DNA from: Actinomycetes bacterium
Lineage (GTDB): Bacteria; Actinomycetota; Acidimicrobiia; Spongiisociales; UBA5794
Direction: 5' to 3'
Assembly (NCBI GenBank): GCA_024640745.1
Contig: JAHEEL010000001.1
Coordinates: 1-33,956, forward strand
DNA: 33,956 nt
Numbering within the stretch: position 1 is the stretch's first letter; the number at the start of each line of letters is the position of its first letter. The position numbers and the translations under genes are program-made. This document shows positions 23,580 to 30,399 of the stretch, piece by piece. Below the pieces are notes generated by a model. That model did not search any database and had not been told where the DNA came from. It saw only the letters and a list, made by a program, of their open reading frames with translations.

Positions 23580-25184
23580 TCAGCGCCAGAGCGGCATCGG
23601 GGGGAGATCAGCGAGGCTCCGGAGGAACGTCAACGCGGCCTCCGAGGTGCGCCGAGCCTCGATCACGAGCACGCCGTAGTCGGGCGGAGTTTCCGGCGCT
23701 TCGCTTGCGGCGAACAGCTCGTACCCGTTGCCGGTCGGGTAGTACAGCGTTCTCCGCTGCCCCGAGCGGCCGGGACCACGGTAGGAATCGATACCGACCA
23801 AGCGTCCGGGATCTGATCCTTCGAAGACCTCCGTTGGGAGGCGCCACCCCATGCGCGCAAGATCGTTTGCCGAGTGTTTGGGGAGGTCGGCGCGGTCACC
23901 GACGACGACGAGCGAGAACGGCGCCGGCCCGGGTTCCGGAACGGTGATGATGGCTCCAGTATCCGGCTCGAGGATGAATTCTGGGATGGGCGCGGGCATC
24001 GACGTGTTTTCGACGAGCTGAAAACGGCGGACCAGTTGGTCCACAACGACCTGCCGCAGGGTCTCGCCCACCACGATGATGCGCGATGGATCGAACTGCT
24101 CGAGTGCCTCGGCCGTGACCTGCGGGATGTAGTCCGGCTCGGCAAGGAGGAGCGGCCCGGCGAGATCGAGGTGGGTGAATCCCCCGGACTGCAACAATTC
24201 GTGGTCGGTCGTCGTCATGATGTTGACCACGCTTGCACCGTTGCTGTAGGCATAGGTTGCGATTTCGGCAGCGGCGGCGACGCGGTCGTCGCCGTTGGTC
24301 CGCTGGTAGCGGATGCGGTGCGCTGCCTTGAGCGACTTGTAGGGATCGACCGGCAACCCGCTGGGCATCCGAATCTCGAAGTGGACGTGCGGAGGTGTGA
24401 ATTCTGCGTTTCCCGAATCGCCGACCCAACCGATGATCTGACCGGCATCGACCTGCGAGCCGCGTTCAAGTCCGGGAACGACACACTCGTGGTCGGCATC
24501 GTCGTAGCCGGGCGTGTCGTTGTTCAAGTGGACGTACCGGGTATACCAGCGGTCCCGGGCCGTGATCTCGATGATGCACCACTCGGCGTCGTCACGGATC
24601 AGGCGGATCCTCCCGTCGTGGGCCGCGACAATCGGCACGCCCTTCCACCCGTACGTCATGATGTCGATGCCGTGATGCTCACGTTCGCAGTTGTCCCGGC
24701 ACGCGCCGAAGCTGGGGTGGTAGTAGTTGAGTCCGACGACGGGGAACACGATCTTGCGAGTGACGTCAACCCGGCGAACCTGATGCTTTGGCACGCCTGG
24801 CTCTGCGAACGGGTCCTCTGGGAGAATCTCGTCGATCGGCGACAGTTCGTCCAACCCAGGGTCCGCAGGTTCTTCGACGTCCGGCTCGGGTTCCGTCGCC
24901 GGCGGGTCCGCAGGCGGCGGGTTCACCGGTGGCGGTTCGGCCGAGGGCGGCATCGTTGTGGACGGGGGCACCGTTGTTGTGGTCGTCGGGGCGACGGTGG
25001 TCGTCGTAGTCGGCGCAACGGTCGTCGTGGTCGTCGTCGGGGCGACGGTGGTCGTCGTGGTCGTCGTCGGGGCGACGGTGGTCGTCGTCGTCGGCTCCGG
25101 AGGTGGCTCGTCGTCCGCCGACGCGACGGGCATGCCCATCGCCAAGAGGGCGGCCAGGAGCGCCACCAGCAATGATCGCTGCAT
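23580..25184 (-). CDS. Secreted M23 (LytM-type) metallopeptidase with a Thr/Pro-rich linker and C-terminal cell-wall-binding-repeat-2-like domain
   Basis: Signal peptide MQRSLLVALLAALLAMGMPVASA from the ATG at 25184. M23 motifs HHGIDIM and PPHVHFEI. CW_binding_2-like region GDDRVAAAAEIA...GPLLLAEP...RIIVVGE. Confidence 0.85.
   Translation of the reverse strand: MQRSLLVALLAALLAMGMPVASADDEPPPEPTTTTTVAPTTTTTTTVAPTTTTTTVAPTTTTTVAPTTTTTVPPSTTMPPSAEPPPVNPPPADPPATEPEPDVEEPADPGLDELSPIDEILPEDPFAEPGVPKHQVRRVDVTRKIVFPVVGLNYYHPSFGACRDNCEREHHGIDIMTYGWKGVPIVAAHDGRIRLIRDDAEWCIIEITARDRWYTRYVHLNNDTPGYDDADHECVVPGLERGSQVDAGQIIGWVGDSGNAEFTPPHVHFEIRMPSGLPVDPYKSLKAAHRIRYQRTNGDDRVAAAAEIATYAYSNGASVVNIMTTTDHELLQSGGFTHLDLAGPLLLAEPDYIPQVTAEALEQFDPSRIIVVGETLRQVVVDQLVRRFQLVENTSMPAPIPEFILEPDTGAIITVPEPGPAPFSLVVVGDRADLPKHSANDLARMGWRLPTEVFEGSDPGRLVGIDSYRGPGRSGQRRTLYYPTGNGYELFAASEAPETPPDYGVLVIEARRTSEAALTFLRSLADLPPMPLWR
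24966..25094 (-). repeat. In-frame tandem 24-30 nt coding repeats (TTTTT(T)VAP units)
   Basis: Repeated GGGGCGACGGTGGTCGTCGT(GGTCGTCGTC) blocks on the plus strand. They encode VAPTTTTTTTVAPTTTTTTVAPTTTTTVAPTTTTTV. Confidence 0.7.
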
Positions 25185-25391
25185 CAAAACGGGATCGGCC
25201 GATCCGGGCCAAGTCTGTAGCGATTCGCGGGTCACGAAGCGAGGCATGGTGGTGGCGGGCTTCGCAGGGAGGAACGAGTGGGAGGAAGCGCCGGATCACG
25301 GCGACAACGCTGATCGTCGATTACCGGCTCTGGACCAAGCTACGCCATCGCCGGATGCTTGATCGCGCTGCGGTCCCTCGGGCGCAGCGAT

Positions 25392-25823
25392 CTACAGCAG
25401 TCGACGACGTTTCACCTCTTCGGCAATTGCTTCGTCGGAGTATCGAAGGAGCTCCGGGCTCCAGTCGAGCGGCTCCATGGGTGAGTCTGCGGTCTCGGCG
25501 AGAAGATCCTCGATGGGGTCGCGCAGGGTCCGTGCCCAGGCCCGGCCCCGGGCGCTCGCGCGCAAGGTCAGCGTGGCATCGCTGTTCACGGTGTAGACCC
25601 GAGCCTCGATCGCAGGGTTCGCCCGACTCCCCTTCTCGCCGTAGACGAGAATGACACGTCCCGGCTCGACGTCCTGAATGCCGCCGGTCGCAATGAAGTC
25701 GCCGTCGAAAGCCCAACCGGTGGCGAGTGAGTCATCCACGTTGGTGACGGCCTTCGCCCAGTTCTTGCGGCGCTCGTCGCCCACGAGCGGTATCTCGACG
25801 GCAACGGTCAACGGAACGTCCAT
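25392..25823 (-). CDS. Hypothetical protein (no family recognised)
   Basis: ATG at 25823 (MDVPLTV...). High GC3 throughout. No motif I can name. An imperfect hairpin (CGCTGCG...CGCAGCG, 25360..25391) lies just after the stop codon. Confidence 0.5.
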   Translation of the reverse strand: MDVPLTVAVEIPLVGDERRKNWAKAVTNVDDSLATGWAFDGDFIATGGIQDVEPGRVILVYGEKGSRANPAIEARVYTVNSDATLTLRASARGRAWARTLRDPIEDLLAETADSPMEPLDWSPELLRYSDEAIAEEVKRRRLL

Positions 25824-26038
25824 GGCCGGCGAGGCTAGCCAACATCGTGTACCCAGGGTTTGCAGCGTCAAGCATCATGTGTGGCGTTCAGGCCCACAGG
25901 AACGCGCCAACCACGTGGAATCCAGCGCAATCTGGCGCTGATCCATCGACGGAGGTGAAGCCTGTGCCGAGACGCCGCCGAAACGGAATTCAAGTCGCAC
26001 CCCCCGTCGTGCCGAATCAGAAGAGAGGAGGCGCACGC

Positions 26039-26968
26039 ATGAGTCGCTCTGCCAGAAGCTACGCGTCGTGGATCCCCGCCGTGTTCGCGTGGGCGGTCGC
26101 CCTCGTCTTGATCAGCCGATGGGCGATTTCTCTTGACGGAAGCGGCCGCGTGGCCGCGGTCGTGCTGCTCGCAACCCTTGTCCCGATGGCGGCTCTCACC
26201 GGCGCCGTCGCCGTCGGCCGACCGCTCCGGCGCCACGCTGCCGAGCTCGAAGCCAGGATCGACGAGGAGCAAGACGCTCGGCGGGTGCACGATGAGATCT
26301 ACAGTCGTTTCATCAACGAACTGCGCGCTCCCCTCACGGCCGTCTACGGTTTCTCGCGGCACCTCGAGGATGCAGGCGTCTCCAACGTATCCGATGCCGA
26401 GGAGCTCATCGGCATCATCTCTCATGATGCGACCGAGGTCGTCCGGAAGGTCGAGAACATCGCGACCGCGGCGCAGATCGAGGCCGGCATCTACCGCCCA
26501 CAACCCAAGGCTGTTGATCTGAGTCGCGAGGTCGAACGAGTGGTCGGCTCTCTCGGCCGATCGCGGGTCGACGTCACCATCGATGCGCAACCTGCGATCG
26601 CCTGGTGCGATCCGGCTGCGATCCGACAGATCGTCTTGAATCTCATCCACATCGCGGCCGAGGCAGCCGCCCAAACGGCCCGCATCGATGTCGAAGAACG
26701 AAACGGGCTCGCGATCCTCTCCGTTACGGACGACCGCCTCAATCACGACGACCACCCGCCCGACACCGGGGACCTGCTCGGCAGCGCCGGAGGCCTTTCT
26801 GCGCGAATGCTGCCGGCCCTCGCCGATTTCCAGGGGGCCACGATGAACTCCAACCGGACCCTGGGCTGGACCAACACGGTCGTTCGCTTTCCGATGGCCA
26901 CTCCAGCGCAGCTGTCTGAGGACTTCCGGCCGCCGCGCGCCACCACGTTTTCGGAACGAAACCGCTAG
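26039..26968 (+). CDS. Degenerate histidine-kinase-like membrane protein (pseudo-HK)
   Basis: ATG at 26039 is preceded by AGAGGAGG. Two TM segments. The DHp-like FINELRAPLTAVYGF has Asn (26315..26317) where the phospho-acceptor His is expected. The N-box is LNLIHIAAE and there is no DxGxG. Confidence 0.7.
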   Translation: MSRSARSYASWIPAVFAWAVALVLISRWAISLDGSGRVAAVVLLATLVPMAALTGAVAVGRPLRRHAAELEARIDEEQDARRVHDEIYSRFINELRAPLTAVYGFSRHLEDAGVSNVSDAEELIGIISHDATEVVRKVENIATAAQIEAGIYRPQPKAVDLSREVERVVGSLGRSRVDVTIDAQPAIAWCDPAAIRQIVLNLIHIAAEAAAQTARIDVEERNGLAILSVTDDRLNHDDHPPDTGDLLGSAGGLSARMLPALADFQGATMNSNRTLGWTNTVVRFPMATPAQLSEDFRPPRATTFSERNR

Positions 26969-27409
26969 TCAACTCTCTCGCTCGAGCAGCGCCCGTTCCA
27001 TCGGACCCTTCCTCCTGGTGAGGAAACGCATCGCCTGAATCGCCAGGACCGCGCCCCAGAGCGCTGCCACGTAGTAGAACCACCAGCCGCCCCCGTTGAG
27101 CACGTCGATGAGCAGCAACGCCGTCACCACGAGGGCGTAGACCATGGCGTGCCGCACAAAACGCATCCGACGGCGCACGCGCTTCCGAGCCTCACGCGCG
27201 TCGGCCGTCTGCCGCTTTCGCTCCTGGCGAACCGCCTGCTCCACGGCAGTGCGGGAGATACCGACTTCCGCAGCGACGTGGACCAGTTGGGCGAACGTCA
27301 GCCCGAGGTCGGTCGAGTCTTCCGCAAGATCGTCGAGGCGTGCGGCAATGTCGATGATGTCGCCGATCTCGTCACGGGGGAAGCGCTGTTGTTGCTGTTG
27401 TGCGTCCAC
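26969..27409 (-). CDS. 2TM-domain membrane protein
   Basis: The C-terminal RRMRFVRHAMVYALVVTALLLIDVL...WWFYYVAALWGAVLAIQAM is typical of the 2TM family. The start is uncertain: GTG at 27409 is preferred over ATG at 27469 because the overlapping frame has better GC3. Confidence 0.6.
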   Translation of the reverse strand: MDAQQQQQRFPRDEIGDIIDIAARLDDLAEDSTDLGLTFAQLVHVAAEVGISRTAVEQAVRQERKRQTADAREARKRVRRRMRFVRHAMVYALVVTALLLIDVLNGGGWWFYYVAALWGAVLAIQAMRFLTRRKGPMERALLERES

Positions 27410-27437
27410 AGCAACGAGTCTACGGCGGACCGCTCGC

Positions 27438-27641
27438 TCAGTCTTCGGTGAGGTCGAGGTCGAGAACATCGACTTTGGTGAGATCGACCGAGCAGTCGCG
27501 GTCGCGGAGATGGGCCGATTGCCTCTGATAGCGGGACACACCGGGTTCGCCCGGCGACTGGCTCCGGCCCGAGCGCACATTGCCCTTCACGGGCGGCACT
27601 TCGGCCAGTCGCCGTAGGATGACGTCGAGGTCAGTCTTCAT
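27438..27641 (-). CDS. Small hypothetical protein (67 aa)
   Basis: ATG at 27641 is preceded by GGAGGAGG 5 nt upstream. High GC3. Ends 28 nt before the GTG of the 2TM gene. Confidence 0.45.
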   Translation of the reverse strand: MKTDLDVILRRLAEVPPVKGNVRSGRSQSPGEPGVSRYQRQSAHLRDRDCSVDLTKVDVLDLDLTED

Positions 27642-27743
27642 CCGGTCCTCCTCCGGCCCATCCAACCGCCTCGCGCCACAACCACCGTACCGCAGAACTC
27701 CCCTCCTGCGCGGGAAATCGGAGGAACACTGGAGATCGGAAAC

Positions 27744-27824
27744 GCCGGACACGAGACCCGACCGTGGCAGCACGCGTCTCAAGTCTCGTGTCTCGTGTCT
27801 GGCATCTCGTATCTCGTGTCTCAA
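27744..27824 (+). repeat. Hairpin-embedded heptanucleotide array (GTCTCAA GTCTCGT GTCTCGT GTCTGGC ATCTCGT ATCTCGT GTCTCAA at 27776..27824)
   Basis: The left arm GCCGGACACGAGAC (27744..27757) can pair with GTCTCGTGTCTGGC (27790..27803; 14 bp with one G-U), or one register earlier (27783..27793). About 32-nt loop. Located in a divergent intergenic region. Confidence 0.6.
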
Positions 27825-27857
27825 ACCTTGGCTCGCGATCACGAATACGCTTCCCGC

Positions 27858-29198
27858 ATGTACCACGATCTACGAACTGCCGTCCGAAACGGGTTTGGTC
27901 AGGCTCGAGCCGAGCTCGAGGAGCTCGTTCGGATCCCTTCGGTATCGGCCCCGGGGTTCGATCCGCGCCAGGTTCGGCGCAGCGCTGAACGCATCGGCGA
28001 ACTGCTCGAAGCGTCGGGCTTCTCGGACGTCCGTCTCCTCGAGATCGACGGCGCTCATCCTGCGATCTACGGTGAGATCCCGGCGCCTGAGGGGGCGCCG
28101 ACGGTGTTGTTGTATGCGCACCACGACGTTCAGCCACCCGGTCCCGAAGAAGATTGGGAGACCACGCCGTTCGATCCGATCGAGCGGAACGGGCGGCTCC
28201 TGGGCCGCGGGTCGGCGGACGACAAGGGCGGGGTCGTCATGCACCTTGCCGCGGTTCGCGCCTTTGAAGGAGACCTGCCGGTCGGTGTGAAGGTGTTCAT
28301 GGAAGGTGAGGAGGAGATCGGCTCTGCCAACCTCGGCGCGTTCCTCGACGAGCATCAGGATCTCCTCGCCGCAGACATCATCGTGATCGGCGACGCCGGG
28401 AACTGGGCCGTTGGCCATCCGGCGCTCACCACGTCATTGCGCGGTCTCGCCGATTGCATCATCGAGGTGCGCACGCTCGAAAGCCCGGTCCACTCTGGGA
28501 TGTTCGGTGGACCGATACCCGACGCCATCACCGTGCTCGCCCGCGTGGTCGCCTCGCTGCACGATGAGCGCGGTAACGTTGCGGTTGAGGGCCTCATCCG
28601 GGCCGCGGCCGGCGGGGTGGATCTCTCCGAAGCCGAACTCCGCTCGCAGGCCGGTACGGTCGAGAGTCTCCAACTCGTGGGTGACGACAGCCTGGCCGAT
28701 CGTCTGTGGTACCGGCCGGCAATCTCGGTGCTGGCAATCGATGCACCGCCGATCAGCGAGGCCATCAACCAACTCGTTCCGACTGCGCGAGCGAAGGTGT
28801 CGATGAGAATCGCACCGGGGCAGGATCCACAGGCTGCGCTCGCCGCGCTCACAGCTCACCTCGAGAAGAACGTACCGTGGGGGGCAGAGATCACCGTTAT
28901 TCCGGGAGCGCTCGGAGAAGCCTGCCTTCTTGACGCCTCCGACCATGCGTCACAGGTCTTCAAAGAGGCGTTCCGGATCGCCTACGGCGCAGACACCGTC
29001 GAGATGGGCGTTGGAGGATCGATACCGTTCGTGGCAGCGTTCGAGGAAGCCTTTCCGGACGCGTCGATCGTTCTCACCGGCGTCATGGACCCGACCAGCC
29101 AGATCCACGCCCCGAATGAGAGCTTGAGCCTCATCGATCTCGAGCGCGGAATTCTCGGAGAATCAATCGCGCTGCGGATGCTGGCCGAATCCGGTTGA
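27858..29198 (+). CDS. M20/M25/M40-family metallopeptidase (dipeptidase-like)
   Basis: Motifs HHDVQPPG, GRGSADDKGG, EGEEEIGS. ATG at 27858 (MYHDLRTAV...) fits family N-termini. The ORF-track start at 27795 falls inside the heptad array. Confidence 0.85.
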   Translation: MYHDLRTAVRNGFGQARAELEELVRIPSVSAPGFDPRQVRRSAERIGELLEASGFSDVRLLEIDGAHPAIYGEIPAPEGAPTVLLYAHHDVQPPGPEEDWETTPFDPIERNGRLLGRGSADDKGGVVMHLAAVRAFEGDLPVGVKVFMEGEEEIGSANLGAFLDEHQDLLAADIIVIGDAGNWAVGHPALTTSLRGLADCIIEVRTLESPVHSGMFGGPIPDAITVLARVVASLHDERGNVAVEGLIRAAAGGVDLSEAELRSQAGTVESLQLVGDDSLADRLWYRPAISVLAIDAPPISEAINQLVPTARAKVSMRIAPGQDPQAALAALTAHLEKNVPWGAEITVIPGALGEACLLDASDHASQVFKEAFRIAYGADTVEMGVGGSIPFVAAFEEAFPDASIVLTGVMDPTSQIHAPNESLSLIDLERGILGESIALRMLAESG

Positions 29199-29305
29199 GT
29201 CCCCGACCGCTCCCGTACGGGTCGACTGATTCGGATGACGAGGGCACACCGCGGTCCTGATCCTGCGCCGGACCGACAACGCGGAGCGACTCCTACTCTC
29301 GGATC

Positions 29306-30343
29306 ATGAATCGCCGCTCTCTGATCGTCATCATCTCCATCGCTGCAGTCGCCCTCGGCGCGGCCGCCTACCTGATCGCGACCGGTGGCGAGAACGAGAA
29401 GCAGCCGTCGGCACTCCCACAGGGAACGACCGTCGGCCCACCGACATCAAGCTCCAATCAAGCGCCGGAGACGTCATCCTCGATGGTGCCCGAGACCACG
29501 ACCACGGTAGCCGGCAGCCCTCCGGTCAACGCCGGTCATGCCGGCACGGCGTGCGCTCCCTACGAATCCGTCACTGTCGCCGGAACCGTTGCGTCGCCCG
29601 GCATCGTCGAGGCATCCGGGATGGCCGCGAGCCGCACACAGCCGGGAGTCCTCTGGACACACAACGACTCGCGCGATGGTGCGCGCGTCTACGCAATCGG
29701 GCCGGACGGGGCCGACCGCGGCGCGTACGACGTTGCCGGCGCGGTCGCGTTCGACTGGGAGGACATGGCTGCGGGACCGGGCGCGGACGGAGCCTCCTCG
29801 TCCCTGTTCCTCGGCGACATCGGTGACAACTTCGCCATCCGCGACGGTCGGATCACGGTGTATCGAGTGCGCGAACCCGATCCTGCGACTCTCGAGGGTC
29901 CGATTGCGGGCGCTGTAGCCCTGGAGTTCGCGTATCCGGACGGCGTCTTCAACGCTGAGGCGCTCTTCGTCGCGGACGGCTCGATCTACGTCGTGACGAA
30001 GGATCGGGAGGAAGCCCGCGTCTATCGGGGAGACGCGACCGGCGACGGCTCGAGTGTGGAGATGCTCGAATACGTGACCTCTCTCACTCTCGGCGACGAG
30101 GTGAGCGGTGCAGACTCCTCTTGGGACGGCAGCACCATTGCCCTCCGCGGCTATCAAACCGTATGGCTCTGGCATCGGCCGGCAGGTTCGTCGGTGGCCG
30201 ATGCACTCGCGGAGGAACCTTGCGAGGCGCCGTCTCCGGATGAGATTCAGGGTGAATCGATCGCCTTCCTTGCCGACCGCTCGTATGCGACCATCAGCGA
30301 AGGGAGCAACGTCGATCTCTTCGTGGTTCCGTTCGTCGAATAG
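29306..30343 (+). CDS. Secreted/membrane-anchored hypothetical protein, beta-propeller-like
   Basis: N-terminal anchor LIVIISIAAVALGAAAYLIA and a Ser/Thr/Pro linker. Repeated beta-rich segments follow (EASGMAAS, LWTHNDS, LFLGDIGDN, IYVVTKD, GESIAF). Confidence 0.55.
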   Translation: MNRRSLIVIISIAAVALGAAAYLIATGGENEKQPSALPQGTTVGPPTSSSNQAPETSSSMVPETTTTVAGSPPVNAGHAGTACAPYESVTVAGTVASPGIVEASGMAASRTQPGVLWTHNDSRDGARVYAIGPDGADRGAYDVAGAVAFDWEDMAAGPGADGASSSLFLGDIGDNFAIRDGRITVYRVREPDPATLEGPIAGAVALEFAYPDGVFNAEALFVADGSIYVVTKDREEARVYRGDATGDGSSVEMLEYVTSLTLGDEVSGADSSWDGSTIALRGYQTVWLWHRPAGSSVADALAEEPCEAPSPDEIQGESIAFLADRSYATISEGSNVDLFVVPFVE

Positions 30344-30399
30344 GCGAGTCCGCCGATACTCCGGCTTCACCGAGAACACCAAACTGCCGATAGAACACC

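Noticed and set aside
27776-27824. Could the short tandem arrays (here and at 12176, 15003 and 23250) be CRISPR arrays?
   Set aside because: The units are 7 nt and contiguous with no spacers, and there are at most 7 copies. No cas genes are present. They are not CRISPR arrays.
27795-27857. N-terminal extensions given by the ORF track: 27795 for the M20 peptidase, and likewise 22338, 25847, 25247, 11982, 5997, 4909, 18663 and 1368 for other genes
   Set aside because: Internal ATG/GTG starts have Shine-Dalgarno sequences or match family N-termini or signal peptides. The extensions run through intergenic repeats or divergent promoter regions and add non-homologous, low-complexity residues.
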